A DNA stretch of 64,000 nt from an uncultured bacterium (GCA_963768305.1 CAVYHE010000008.1:32001-96000), one strand, 5' to 3'. Positions 23,074-35,032 are shown, counted from the stretch's first letter. Notes: generated from the letters alone by a model not told the origin. Program-made: numbers and translations.

Positions 23074-24302
23074 TTTTTTGCTCCCTGCTTTCTATATATC
23101 GCGTCCGCCATTTTTACGGTCCTTGAAATTTCCGCAACATCATGGACCCTTACCATATCGGCGCCGCTGGCTATTGCCGAAACCACCGTCGCGGCCGTTC
23201 CCTCTGCCCTTTTGTCGGGCGGAAGGTCCAGGATCTTGCCGATGGTCGACTTCCTGGAAGTCCCTATCAATATGGGACATCCCAGGACTTTTAACTCCTT
23301 AAGCCGGCGCAGGATCTCAAGATTATGCTCTACCGTCTTTCCAAAACCGAATCCGGGATCAACTATCATCCTGCCGGCCGGAACGCCATTGGTTATAGCA
23401 AGAGTTATGCTGTTTTGCAAGCAAGAAATTATGTCCGAAATAAGGTCGTCATATACGGGGTTTTCCTGCATTGTTCGGGGATTTCCGAGCATGTGCATGA
23501 GCACGACCGGCACTTTGCGGCGCGCCGCGACTTTCGCTATTTTTCTGTCGGACCTCAGCGCGGATACGTCATTTATCAATGATGCGCCGGCTTTTATCGC
23601 CGCTTCAGCGACAACTGATTTTATCGTGTCTATGGATATGACCGCGCCCTTGATCCCTGAAAGTCCTTTGATGACCGGTATAACCCTTTTGATCTCTTCC
23701 GCCGCGCTGACAGGTGCGGCTCCCGGTCTTGTAGACTCCCCGCCGACATCGATAATGTCCGCGCCGTCCTCGATCATCTTCCTGCCGTGAGCAATGGCAT
23801 CATTAAAATTAACGAACTTTCCGCCGTCGGAAAATGAATCCGGCGTGACGTTCAATATGCCCATGATGTATGTGCGCTTGCCGAAGTCGAATCTTTTCCC
23901 GCCTATCATCATCGGCTTGGGCTGCCGGTCATTGTTCATAAGAGCCTCATCGATACGGACGGCCAATCCTTTCAACCCAAAATATTGTTTCTTGAGTTTT
24001 GAAATGAGATCTTTGAACTGCTGCAGCGTCCCGAAAACAAGGACATCGGTTGTCCTGATCGAATGGTTAATGGTGCCCATCGCCGTTGCCGCGTCCCCTC
24101 CGAAAGAAAGCATATCTTGCTTTATTATGTTCGCCTTGGTCACCGGAACATCTTTGATCTTAACTGTCCTGAATTCCCCTTTCGGCAGCATTATTGAAAT
24201 GCCTTTTTCATGGACCTTCATCCTGCGCATTTCCGCTATCAGACCGTTCTTATCAAGATCAATGACCGATATTAAATTATTTTTATCCGATCGTTCTGGC
24301 AC
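23070..24302 (-). CDS. folP: Dihydropteroate synthase, long form
   Basis: MGILNVTPDSFSDGG, GESTRPG, DPGFGFGK, SRKS. Confidence 0.96.
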   Translation of the reverse strand: MPERSDKNNLISVIDLDKNGLIAEMRRMKVHEKGISIMLPKGEFRTVKIKDVPVTKANIIKQDMLSFGGDAATAMGTINHSIRTTDVLVFGTLQQFKDLISKLKKQYFGLKGLAVRIDEALMNNDRQPKPMMIGGKRFDFGKRTYIMGILNVTPDSFSDGGKFVNFNDAIAHGRKMIEDGADIIDVGGESTRPGAAPVSAAEEIKRVIPVIKGLSGIKGAVISIDTIKSVVAEAAIKAGASLINDVSALRSDRKIAKVAARRKVPVVLMHMLGNPRTMQENPVYDDLISDIISCLQNSITLAITNGVPAGRMIVDPGFGFGKTVEHNLEILRRLKELKVLGCPILIGTSRKSTIGKILDLPPDKRAEGTAATVVSAIASGADMVRVHDVAEISRTVKMADAIYRKQGAKK

Positions 24303-25672
24303 TTAACCTTACCACCTTTTTTGTATCTTTCGTGACCTTTGCATCCTCCGACATCCTGTAGCCAACGACCCATACTATCTTTTTGCCGTCGTCGATGACC
24401 GGAATGCTGTCCCTTTTATCTATGTCGACCTTTTCATCAACAAAAATATCCTGAAGCTTTTTCCGCCCTTTCAGGCCGAGGGGCGAGAATGAATCCCCTG
24501 CTCTTCTTCTTCTCACGGTCAAAGGCCCGGATATTTTATCATAATCCAGACAAGCGCGGTTCGGATTTTTCGCTTTCAGGTCTGATATCCCTCTCGAAGG
24601 CAGCAGATCGGCTTCTATCTCAAAGCCCCTTTCCATATCGCTAACAGTGCCCGGTATCGGAAGCGTGAAGGCAAAATCCCGGGATATCGATCTTGCCGGT
24701 TTAGATCTTGATATCAAGAGCTTTCCCTTTTTTATCAGAACATATGCGCCAGGCAGATCTAGCTCGGCTGTTTTTTTATCCTCATTGCCGATAATGCTCT
24801 GGATATGAACGAAAGAAATATCAGCAAGGTCTTTCCTGACATGTTCTATGGCCATTCTTAACACTTCGCCTTTCAAGGACGGGTCGATCACCGAGAATTT
24901 TTTTGCGTCCAGGCCGATGCTTTCACCGCTCTTGAGAACGATAATGCCGTCCAGAGCTTTCTTTGCCTGCTCTTCAATAAAACCATGGACCTTGTTGGCC
25001 GAAGCGATCATCTGAAGCAGAAGTTCTTTGATGTTTTTGTTGTTCTTTTCAAGGGCAGGTATGAGGTCTTTCCTGATCTTGTTCCTCAGATATTTTGTCT
25101 CGAAATTGCTCCTGTCGATCCTGGGAGTTATTTTTTCAGCTCTCAGATATTTTTCAATGTCAGCCCTGTACGATCCGATCAGCGGCCGGATGATCTTACT
25201 CCCTGACAGGCGGGATTCCTTCCATGCCTTTCATCCCTGTTCCTCTTACCATTCGCATCAGCAAAGTTTCGATATTATCGTCCGCGTTATGCGCCACGGC
25301 TATCTTATCCGCGCCGAATTTGACCGCCGCTCTTTCGAGGAACTCATATCTTATACGCCTTGCCGCGTCTTCCAGATTAAGCTTTTTTTGTTTCGCGAAC
25401 GCCGGGACATCGAACTCCTCGACCGCGATGGGGATATTCAATTTTTTTGCGGTTTTCCGCGCGAACGCGGCATCAAGCGCGGCATCCTTTCCTCTTATCA
25501 TATGATTCAAATGCGCAGCGCATAATTTGATGTTCAATCTGCTCTTTAGCGAATTCAATATGTAAAGAAGCGCCGTGGAATCCACGCCGCCTGAGAAAGC
25601 CACAAGGACTTTATCGCCTTTTTCAAGCATGTGATGATCTTGAATGGTTTGCAGGACTTTATCTTCGATCAT
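24283..25672 (-). CDS. tilS: tRNA(Ile)-lysidine synthase (frameshifted in this read)
   Basis: SGGVDS PP-loop, AHNADDNIET, TilS C-terminal domain. Confidence 0.92.
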
Positions 25673-25685
25673 AAGGAGTTGGGGA

Positions 25686-26036
25686 TCAGAAGTTCTTCTT
25701 TGCCAATTCTGTGACATAAGGGATGTCAAAGTAATCGCCGTTATACGCCCTGAAGCCGCAGTAAAGGGCGTATATCCAGAGCGCGAAAATGAAAATGGAT
25801 GAAAGCGAATCAAGCAGCGCGAAATATATCCCGACCGAATCCAGGAAATTAAGGAGTACCCTTACGCCTATCCACGCTACAAGTATCCCGATCCACATGA
25901 ACATGGCCTGTGTGCCGTGGTAGCCCACGAACGCGTCCTTCCGTTTTTCGGATAATATAATGTATATGGCCGGGAACCCCGCCGCATAAGCGAATCCGGC
26001 AAGTATCCTGTCGTCATTTGTCATGTTCGAATACAT
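25686..26036 (-). CDS. Small membrane protein (DUF4870-like)
   Basis: Three hydrophobic segments; FVGYHGTQA...AYNG..FDIP pattern. Confidence 0.7.
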   Translation of the reverse strand: MYSNMTNDDRILAGFAYAAGFPAIYIILSEKRKDAFVGYHGTQAMFMWIGILVAWIGVRVLLNFLDSVGIYFALLDSLSSIFIFALWIYALYCGFRAYNGDYFDIPYVTELAKKNF

Positions 26037-26056
26037 TTAAATCTCTCCTTTTCCGG

Positions 26057-26635
26057 TTATTTCGCGGCGATGCCGTTGCCTTCGCTGTTAAGCAGGAGCA
26101 CGGCGGCGGATATCACCGTTGTCCAGACGCCCCTCTGCCCTATCGCGCTTTGCGTTATGTTCGTCGTCTTGACTATCTTGTCGGACAATTTCCAGACTTC
26201 CTGCCTTTCGTCCCAGGAAGAATCCTCGTCAAAAGGAATGCCCTGCGTCGTCGCCAGCATTTGCGCGGCAAGATCTTCCGCGTAATCCCCGCATTCTTCG
26301 TCGGTCAATCCCAGGCCGTGGTGCTCGCTCAGGTATCCGTAAGCGCTGGGATCCGCAGGAAGCGCCATGCCTATCGACGCGGAGATCAGCCGATGCGGTT
26401 CATTCGTGTCGTTCCTGGACATGACCATGAACGTTATCTGCCCGGGAAGTATCATCTTCAGTCCGGCTTCTTTCGTGACCAATTTGCAGTTCGGCGGGAA
26501 AATGCTGGATACCTGAACAAAGTTCACAGCCTGGATGCCCGCGTCCCTTAAAGCCATCTCAAAACTTGAAAGCTTTTCTTTGTGGCGCCCGACGCCTTTT
26601 GTCAAAAATAACCTGTCAGGAACGAACAGACTCAA
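26057..26635 (-). CDS. Pyruvoyl-dependent arginine decarboxylase
   Basis: [18 protein letters not shown] cleavage motif, YGYLSEHH. Confidence 0.9.
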   Translation of the reverse strand: MSLFVPDRLFLTKGVGRHKEKLSSFEMALRDAGIQAVNFVQVSSIFPPNCKLVTKEAGLKMILPGQITFMVMSRNDTNEPHRLISASIGMALPADPSAYGYLSEHHGLGLTDEECGDYAEDLAAQMLATTQGIPFDEDSSWDERQEVWKLSDKIVKTTNITQSAIGQRGVWTTVISAAVLLLNSEGNGIAAK

Positions 26636-26679
26636 TTATTGACTCTTCTCCTTTTTCCAATTCAAACTTATAATTTTAC

Positions 26680-26753
26680 TGGCTGGGAGTGGACTCGAAC
26701 CACCGACCGATCGGGTATGAGCCGATTGCTCTAACCAGCTGAGCTACCCAGCC
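26680..26753 (-). tRNA. tRNA-Met(CAT), probably elongator
   Basis: GGCTGGG acceptor; loop CTCATAC; no initiator GGG/CCC anticodon stem. Confidence 0.88.
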
Positions 26754-26765
26754 ATTGCATATGAC

Positions 26766-27364
26766 CTAAGAATACAATATAAATAATGTCGCGATGCCTT
26801 CCCTGATGAACTTCACCGCGATGGCCGCGATTATTATCGCCATGACCTTCGCGAATATCATCGAACCGGTCTTTCCGATCTTGTCATATATGATATCAGC
26901 CCAATATAAGATAACGCCGCTGATGATGAAATTGATCAGGACCGCAAGCAATGTCAGGACCATGCCGTACATTCCGAGCAGTACAAGCGCGGTCGTTATC
27001 GCGCCCGGCCCCACAAGAAGCGGGCAGCCCAGAGGGACGGCCCCGATATCCTGATGTTTTTTCGCGACCTCGATGATATTGCCCTTTCGTTAAAAGGTTC
27101 AACGCGATCACAAGAAGCAATAACCCGCCGGCTATCTTGAAATCGGCCAGGCTTACCCTGAACAGGTCCAATATGCCGGCGCCGGCAATGGTGAACAAAA
27201 GCAACAGAAGGAACGCGATATAAAGCGCTTCCATGAAAGTATCGTGCCTTTGCCTGCGGCTCATGCCTTCGGTCAAGCCCACGAATACCGGAAGGTTCCC
27301 CAGAGGATCCACGATGATGAACAGCGCGACCACGGCCTGCAAAAGATCGAAAATAAAATTCCAT
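26766..27364 (-). CDS. MarC family membrane protein (frameshifted)
   Basis: LFIIVDPLGNLPVF; PL..GPGAIT motif. Confidence 0.88.
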
Positions 27365-27491
27365 AAGCGTTGGAAATTATACACAAAAGCTGGGCCATTA
27401 TCAAATTTCCTGAACGCTCGAAATTATTTGAAAACATATTGCATGCATCCATTTCTTTGATACAATCCCGTTAAGTTTAAGGAGGATATTT

Positions 27492-27884
27492 ATGGCTGAA
27501 AAAGCAAAAGTTCTCGTAGTGGACGACCACAACGGCGTGCTTGAATCGTTCAAGGAAATCTTGAAGATAAAAGATTACGACGTCGCCGGTTTCCAGTCCG
27601 GAAAAGAAGCCATAGAATCCATGAAGACCACGAAATATGATTTCGCTTTTGTCGACCTGAAGATGCCGGAAATGGACGGCATAGAGGTCCTGAAAAAGAT
27701 AAAAGAGATAGATCCCTCGGTGGAGGTCATCATCGTCACCGCTTACGCTTCCGAAGAATCATTCGCCAACGCGATAACGCTGGGCGCGATGGAATATTTA
27801 AGGAAGCCGTTCTTGATGGGAGAGGTTTACGCCCTTGCTGAAAGGGCTCTCAGGAAAAGAAGAGAAAAAGCTCCGCAGAAATAA
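27492..27884 (+). CDS. Single-domain response regulator
   Basis: VVDD, DLKMPEMDG, KPF. Confidence 0.92.
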   Translation: MAEKAKVLVVDDHNGVLESFKEILKIKDYDVAGFQSGKEAIESMKTTKYDFAFVDLKMPEMDGIEVLKKIKEIDPSVEVIIVTAYASEESFANAITLGAMEYLRKPFLMGEVYALAERALRKRREKAPQK

Positions 27885-29161
27885 TTAATCGATCCCCGCT
27901 CTTATTACGCTGTGAATATGCTTGACCACCGGAAGCTTTGCTATTATCTTTAAGCGCGTCTTGAACGTCTTTTTCCCTGTTCTCGTGAAGAATAATGACT
28001 ATCTGCGCGTATCTGCCTTTTGATTCCCTCTGCACCACTTCCTGAATGCTTATTTTTTTCTTTGAGAAAACCCCCGATATGCGCGCGAGCACGCCGGGAT
28101 TGTCCGGCGCTTCCAAGCGGATATAATACCTGCTGCGGATATCGCCGATATCCTTAATCTTTATTTTCTTTCGCCGGAGGATAATACGGCTCCGCAGCGC
28201 AGCATCCGCCCAAGCTTCCCGCTATCTCAATGACATCAGAAAGTACCGCGGAAGCCGTGGGCAGCCCGCCCGCGCCTTCGCCGTAGAACATCGATTTTCC
28301 TACCGCATCGCCTTTAACGAATACCGCGTTGTAATTATCCGAAACTTCCGCGAGCGGATGGCCCTTTTCCATCAGCGTGGGATGCACTCTAACTTCGATC
28401 TTGTCATTTTCAATCTTGATTATCGCCAGAAGCTTTATGACATATCCTATCTCTTTCGCATAATCGATATCTTCGGCGGAAATGCCGGATATCCCTTCTT
28501 TGTAAATGTCCGCGACATCCACAAAAGAACCGCTGGAGACATAAGCAAGTATCGCCGCTTTATACGCCGCGTCGCTTCCGTCGATGTCCATTTTCGGGTC
28601 CGCTTCCGCAAAGCCCATTTTCTGCGCCTGTTTCAGCGCGGTTTCAAAGCTGATGCCGTCTTTTGTCATTTTTGAGAGGATATAATTCGTGGTCCCGTTG
28701 ACGATGCCGGATATCTCGTTGATCTCGTTCGCCGCGAAACTTTCCCTTATGGCACGAAGTATCGGTATGCCGCCGCAGACGGAAGCTTCGAAGAGGACCT
28801 GAACGCCCGTTTTTTTCGCGGCATCGATTATTTCTTTCCCGTGCTTGGCAATGAGTTCTTTATTGGAAGTGACAACGTGCTTGCCCGATCTGATGGCGGC
28901 AAGAACGAATTGCTTCGCGGGGTTCACTCCGCCGATGGTTTCGATGACGATCGATATCTCGGGATCGTTGATGACATCATAGGCGTTTTTTGTGAAAGCC
29001 GGTCCCGCAATGCTTCTTTTATCGCGGATATCGGATGCTTTTGCAATTTCAAGCTTTATGCCGGTCCTGCGGGCGATGAGGGCGGAGTTCTTCTTAAGCA
29101 CCTTCACGACCGAGGAGCCGACAATTCCCAATCCGATAATGCCTATCTTAACTTTATTCAT
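27885..29161 (-). CDS. hom: Homoserine dehydrogenase with ACT domain (frameshifted)
   Basis: GLGIVG, FEASVCGGIP, GAGGLPTASAV; ACT fragment DNPGVLARI. Confidence 0.94.
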
Positions 29162-29197
29162 TGATCCTCACTCTTAACTTACAACTAATAACTGATA

Positions 29198-30144
29198 CTA
29201 ATCAAAAAGAGAGCTTATCGAAAGGTTTTCGTAACTTCTCTTTATCGCTTCACCGAACAGAGGCGCCACGGAGACGACTTTAGCCCGTTGATATTTTTCC
29301 CGGCCATCGGAAGCGTGTCGGTGACAGTGACCTCGGTGAATTTCGCCTTGTTCATTTTCTCCACGGCGCCTCCGGAAAATATCCCGTGCGTTGCGACAAA
29401 ATATATTTCATTGTTGCAGCCCTGTTTCTTCAGAGCTTCCACGCCGCCGGTCGCGGTTCCGGCGGTATCCACCATGTCATCCACGATGATCGGGCTCTTG
29501 CCTTTAACATCGCCCACGACATGCATTATTTCCGCTTTCTGATGTTCCGGCCTTGTCTTATGCAATATTGCCAGCGGCGCATTAAGCCTGTCGCTGAGCT
29601 TTTTCGCGGTCTTCGCCCTGCCGGTATCAGGAGCCACGACGACCGGGTTCTTGATATTTTTCTCCTTTAGATAATTCGCCAGTATCGGCATCGCGGTAAG
29701 ATGATCGACCGGAAGATTAAAATATCCCTGTATCTGGTCGGAGTGCAGGTCCATTGTTATTATCCTGTCTATTCCGGCCGTCGTCAGAAGGTCCGCTATC
29801 AGGCGCGCTGATATCGGCTCGCGGGAAGCGGATTTCTTGTCCTGCCTGGCATATCCGAAATGCGGAATGACCGCTGTAATGTTCTTCGCTGATGCCCTCT
29901 TAAGCGCGTCGATAATAATGAAAAGCTCCATCAGGTCCTCGTTGACCTTTGAGGTGCAGGTCTGGATGACATAAGCGCTCATCCCCCTCACGTTATCAAG
30001 GATCCTGGCGTATATTTCCCCGCCGGAAAATCTGGAGATATTGATGTTCGATAATCCGACGCCGAGGTATTTCGCGATGTTCTTTGAAAGTTCCGGGTGG
30101 GATGTGCCGGCGAATATCTTCATTTCATCATTTTTTGGCGTCAT
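29198..30144 (-). CDS. prs: Ribose-phosphate pyrophosphokinase
   Basis: YARQDKK, DLHSDQIQGYF, VDDMVDTAGT. Confidence 0.95.
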
Positions 30145-30184
30145 TGGGCCCTCCTTGAAAGAACTTGGGACATCAATGATTATA

Positions 30185-31488
30185 TCAGCTAACCAATTCT
30201 CCCTCAAGAACAAATGGACCTGTGTCCGTTATGCGGACATCGACCAACTTGCCGATCGATCCTTTATTCCCCGCGAATTTGACAAGCTTGTTTCCTCTTG
30301 TGCGCCCGGAAAGTTTACCAAGTTTATCGCGTTCAACCAATACTTCCAGCGCCAGCCCTTTCAATTCCTGGTTTTTTTTCTCCGCCGTTCTCTCCACGAT
30401 ATCCATCAGGCGGTGAAGGCGGTCCGACTTGACTGCATCCGGCGCCTGTCCTTGCATTTTTTCTGCCGGCGTGCCGGGGCGCGGAGAATACGCGAAAGTA
30501 TTTACAACATCAAGCTGTAATTCACTGATCAGATCAAGAGTGCGTTGAAATTGTTCCTCGGTTTCGCCGGGGAATCCGGCAATAGCGTCAGAGGTTATCG
30601 AAGCTTCGGGGATCCTGTCCCTGATCCTCCCGACCAGTCTGCGGTAATGATCGGCGGTATATCCTCTGTTCATCGCTTTCAATATTCCGTCGTCGCCTGA
30701 TTGGAGCGGCAGATGGAAATATTCGCAGACCTTAGGCAAGCTTTTTACAGCATCGATGATCTCATCTGACATATCCCTGCGGATGCGAGGTGAGGAATCG
30801 GAATCCTTTCGATCCCGTCAATCTGATGGACCTTTTCCAATAACTCCCCTAACCCATAACTCTTAACTTTTAACTCTTTCGTTTTATAATTATTCACATT
30901 CTGCCCCAGCAATATCACTTCTTTAAATATCGACTTATCAAGCCCCTTTACTTCATCAATTATTTCCTTCATCGGCCGGCTCATTTCCCTGCCCCTCACA
31001 TACGGAACGACGCAATACGAGCAGAAGTTGTCGCAGCCGGTCATTATGGTGATATAGGCCTGGACCGATGGTTTTCTTTTTGATGTTCCGTGAAGCGGAT
31101 GGTCGCAGGTCCCGACAGAAACGATCCTGTTCCTTTTCTCGATAATTTCATTGATAAGCTGGACGATGCGGCCTTCCTGCGCCGGTCCGGCAATGATGTC
31201 AAAAAATGGAAGTTTTTTAAGGAGTTTTTCTTTGTCTTTTTCAGCGATGCAGCCTATGATGCCGAGTACTTTTTTAGGATCTCGCATTTTAAGCGAAATG
31301 GTTCCGAGCGCGTATCCGATAGCCTTATCTTCCGCCTGCTGCCTTACGCAGCAGGTATTTATCAGGACAATGTTCGCTGATTCAAGGTCGGCCGCCGGCT
31401 CATGCCCCGCGGCTTCCAGAAGCCCGGCGACGGCTTCCGAATCATTTACGTTCATCTGGCAGCCGTAGGTCTTAATGAAGTATTTCAT
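30185..31488 (-). CDS. miaB: tRNA methylthiotransferase MiaB (frameshifted)
   Basis: TYGCQMN, CDNFCSYC radical SAM motif, TRAM domain. Confidence 0.94.
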
Positions 31489-31547
31489 CGATGTTGATTA
31501 TACTATGTTTGACTATTCAGTGCCGCAAAGCTATAATTTTAAGAACA

Positions 31548-32112
31548 ATGAAAAAGCTCATTATTATATGTATGGTCATCGGCATTGCTGCCGGCCTGGC
31601 GGCGGGCAAGTCGATCGGTCCCCGGTACAAACTCGAAACAATAAAGGTGGGGTGGAAAATGAACGGTCAAAATATGACGATAAAAAGCCCGGCTTTCGTG
31701 AACATGGGAAATTTCCCGGTAAGTTCGACCGCGAGGCAAGGGATAAATCCCGAACTCTTATTCGAAAATATTCCCGCTAATGCGAAAAGTCTTGTCCTGA
31801 TAATGGATGATCCCGACGCTCCTTACGGGACATTCGATCACTGGATATTATTCAATATTTCCCCGAAAATAAAAGATATAAAAGAAGGCAGCATCCCCGC
31901 CGGCGCATTGAAAGGGAAGAATACTGCCGGAACATTAGCAGTATTTAAGCCCCTCTCCGCCTCCCGGAAAAGCGCACCGCTATGTTTTCAATCTTTACGC
32001 GCTGGATTCCCTGCTTTCGTTAAAAGACGGAGCTGACAAAGCGCAGATCGAAAAAGCAATGGCAGGACATATCATCTCGCAGGCAAGCCTGATCGGGCTG
32101 TATAAAAAATAG
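31548..32112 (+). CDS. YbhB/YbcL (PEBP family) protein (frameshifted)
   Basis: DDPDAP..GTFDHW motif. Confidence 0.85.
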
Positions 32113-32113
32113 A

Positions 32114-32608
32114 ATGGCGCAGGATTTTTCGTTCGATATTGTTTCAAAGATCAATCTCCAGGAACTGGACAATTCCATAAACATGTCCATGAAGGAGATC
32201 TCGCAAAGGTTCGATTTCAAGGGAAGCGTAAGCAGCATAAAGAACGAAGAGAATAAAAAGCTGATCGTCGTGTCCGACGATGAATTCAAGCTGAAGAACG
32301 TCATAGATATCCTCCAGAACAAGCTAGTGAAGCGCGGGATATCGCTTAAATTCCTGGAATACGGAAAGATCGAGTCCTCTCTCGGCGGCAGCGTGAAGCA
32401 GGAAATAACCCTTAAGCAGGGCATACCGCAGGAAAAAGCAAAACAGATAAACAACATGATAAGGGACCAGAAGCTGAAAGTTCAGACGCAGATACAGGGC
32501 GACCAGATAAGGGCCTCAAGCAAGAGCAAGGACGACCTTCAAGCCGTTATTCAGCTATTAAGGGCCGCAAACCTGGATATTGAGCTGCAATTCATTAATT
32601 ATAGATAA
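32114..32608 (+). CDS. yajQ: YajQ family nucleotide-binding protein
   Basis: SFDIVSK, RFDFKGS, LQFINYR. Confidence 0.95.
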   Translation: MAQDFSFDIVSKINLQELDNSINMSMKEISQRFDFKGSVSSIKNEENKKLIVVSDDEFKLKNVIDILQNKLVKRGISLKFLEYGKIESSLGGSVKQEITLKQGIPQEKAKQINNMIRDQKLKVQTQIQGDQIRASSKSKDDLQAVIQLLRAANLDIELQFINYR

Positions 32609-32664
32609 AGCCCCCTAACTTCCTTATTGCCAAAAATACGGTTTTCGTGTATAATTGCCGACCT

Positions 32665-32985
32665 ATGTACGCAATAATAGAAACAGGCGGAAAACAATAC
32701 AAGGTGGAGAAAGGCCTGGAAATGGACGTGGAGCTTCTTGCCGATAAAAAAGCGGGCGACGCGGTAAAGTTCGATAAGGTCCTTATGCTCGGCAATAAAG
32801 GAAAGATAGAAGTAGGCGAGCCATACATAAAGGACGCCCATGTGGACGCCAAAGTCGTATCCATCGGCAAGGACAAGAAAGTCACCTCTTTCAAATTCAA
32901 GAGGAAAACGAATTATCACAGGACCATAGGCCACAGGCAGATATACACCAGAGTCAAGATCGAATCCATTAAAGGAGAAGCGTAA
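32665..32985 (+). CDS. rplU: 50S ribosomal protein L21
   Basis: [18 protein letters not shown]. Confidence 0.97.
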   Translation: MYAIIETGGKQYKVEKGLEMDVELLADKKAGDAVKFDKVLMLGNKGKIEVGEPYIKDAHVDAKVVSIGKDKKVTSFKFKRKTNYHRTIGHRQIYTRVKIESIKGEA

Positions 32986-33221
32986 TGGCGCATAAAAAAG
33001 GCGGCGGATCCACAAGGAACGGCCGCGATTCGAATTCGCAGAGGCTTGGAGTGAAGTCCTTCGGCGGACAGACCGTAACGGCCGGCAGCATCATAATCAG
33101 GCAGCGCGGGCTGAAATTCTCTCCAGGCAGGAACGTCGGGCTCGGCCGCGACGACACCCTTTTTGCCAAGGCTGACGGAAAGATACTGTTCCACGGCTCA
33201 AAAGTAAGCGTCATCCCCTAA
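32985..33221 (+). CDS. rpmA: 50S ribosomal protein L27
   Basis: [16 protein letters not shown]. Confidence 0.98.
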   Translation: MAHKKGGGSTRNGRDSNSQRLGVKSFGGQTVTAGSIIIRQRGLKFSPGRNVGLGRDDTLFAKADGKILFHGSKVSVIP

Positions 33222-33248
33222 CCGGCAACTTCGGAACGATCAGATCAT

Positions 33249-34238
33249 ATGCCCTTCATAGACGAAGCCCTTATCACTATTAAAGCCGGAGACGGCGGGG
33301 ACGGCTGCGTATCTTTTCGCAGAGAAAAATTCATCCCGAAAGGCGGACCTGACGGCGGAAACGGCGGGCGCGGCGGCGACATTATAATAACTTCTGATTC
33401 GCATCTTAGAACTCTCCTTGATTTCAGATATAAAAAGAATTACGAAGCTGGAAAAGGCGCGCCCGGAGAAGGCTACAGAAAAACCGGAAAAGACGGGCAG
33501 CCTTTAACGATAAAAGTCCCTTGCGGAACACAGATATTTGACGCGAACACCGGCGAACTTATTGTTGACCTGTTAAACGACGGGCAAAAGATATTGATCG
33601 CCCGCGGCGGCGACGGCGGATTCGGCAACGACCATTACAAATCTTCCACGAACCAGGCGCCGAGAAAAGCGCTATCCGGCTGGCCCGGCGAAGAAAAAAT
33701 CTTAAAACTTGAGCTGAAACTGCTCGCCGATGTCGGGCTTGTCGGATGCCCGAACGCGGGAAAATCATCATTGATATCGATAATATCGGCGGCTCATCCG
33801 AAGATAGCGCCCTACCCTTTCACGACGAAAGAACCTAATCTCGGGATAGTGAAAGTTGACGAGTTCGAAAGCTTTGTCGCGGCGGATATTCCGGGATTTC
33901 TTGAAGGCGCGCACAAAGGAGTGGGCCTGGGCGATAAATTCCTGAAGCATATCGAGCGGACCCGAGTACTCATACATATAATAGACGCCGCGGGGGTGGA
34001 CGGACGGCGTCCCATCGACGATTACGCCACTATTAACAAGGAGCTTGCCGAATACAGCCGGCATCTGATCGATCTGCCCCGGATCGTGGCTTTGAATAAG
34101 ATTGACCTTCTGGAAGCTAAAAAGAACCTGAAAGAGTTCGACAAGCAAAAGATCGAATATATCCCGATATCCTGCGCGACAAAAGAAGGCGTTCAGCTTC
34201 TGGTTTACAAGGCGGCGGAGATGCTGAGGGCGAAATAG
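33249..34238 (+). CDS. obg: GTPase Obg
   Basis: FRREKFIPKGGPDGG; GCPNAGKS; DIPG; NKID. Confidence 0.97.
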   Translation: MPFIDEALITIKAGDGGDGCVSFRREKFIPKGGPDGGNGGRGGDIIITSDSHLRTLLDFRYKKNYEAGKGAPGEGYRKTGKDGQPLTIKVPCGTQIFDANTGELIVDLLNDGQKILIARGGDGGFGNDHYKSSTNQAPRKALSGWPGEEKILKLELKLLADVGLVGCPNAGKSSLISIISAAHPKIAPYPFTTKEPNLGIVKVDEFESFVAADIPGFLEGAHKGVGLGDKFLKHIERTRVLIHIIDAAGVDGRRPIDDYATINKELAEYSRHLIDLPRIVALNKIDLLEAKKNLKEFDKQKIEYIPISCATKEGVQLLVYKAAEMLRAK

Positions 34239-34242
34239 GGCT

Positions 34243-34998
34243 TCACTTTATCAGTTCCCGTACCATTTCTTCCATCCTCTTTGCGGCCATATTAACATCA
34301 ATAAAACCGGGACTCGTGAACATCATGATGATCTTGCTTGTTTCGGCCATTCTTATTATTTTTTCTTTCATAATGTCCCATTCGCTCTTTGCCTTTCCAA
34401 AAGAATTATAGCCAAAAATATCCAGGTCCAAACTGATCACCCTTGAGTTCGCCCTGCCGGTTCTGTCAGCCCAGCGTGTCAATGGGGATATCCCGGAAAA
34501 TCTCATTCCCCGCCAATCAACGGCTTTCTCCCCTTTTTTGAGATCATCGTGGAGGAACCTGAATGTCATGTTCGGATATAAACGCGCTACGGCGGTCATG
34601 AAATTCGCGACTGTGATCCCGTGCCGGAAAACCTTTGGCCATAATTCCCATTCAAGATACTTGCGAACAGTTTTAGTGCTTGAAGCGGGCGATAAATTTA
34701 TCCGGCCGCCGAAAAAATTATTGTCCGGATGCACATTCCGGTCGATATGAAGCCATTCTTCGTTCCCTTTTAAATTGCCAAGATCTCTCTCCAGTAAAGA
34801 GAAGAACACGCTGGCATGATGATCCGTCCCAAGATAGATCGACTTGGAAGGCGTTGATATCTTAACAAAGATCTTGTTCGATATAACATAGGATCGCCCC
34901 AATATATTCAGGTTGCATTCTTCGCGTGAGACGCATTTCCTGTTCCTCTGCAAAGGGAAATTATATCTCGCGCTTTTGACATCTATTTTTATGCTCAC
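34243..34998 (-). CDS. Orphan hypothetical protein
   Basis: 251-aa ORF on the opposite strand between obg and proB. Confidence 0.7.
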   Translation of the reverse strand: MSIKIDVKSARYNFPLQRNRKCVSREECNLNILGRSYVISNKIFVKISTPSKSIYLGTDHHASVFFSLLERDLGNLKGNEEWLHIDRNVHPDNNFFGGRINLSPASSTKTVRKYLEWELWPKVFRHGITVANFMTAVARLYPNMTFRFLHDDLKKGEKAVDWRGMRFSGISPLTRWADRTGRANSRVISLDLDIFGYNSFGKAKSEWDIMKEKIIRMAETSKIIMMFTSPGFIDVNMAAKRMEEMVRELIK

Positions 34999-35004
34999 GT
35001 ATGT

Positions 35005-35032
35005 TTATCGTGAAAAAAACCGGTAAATTTCA
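35005..35032 (-). promoter_or_regulatory. Putative alternative-sigma promoter TGAAATTT-N14-CGATAA
   Basis: Matches the motif at 16245-16272. Confidence 0.55.
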
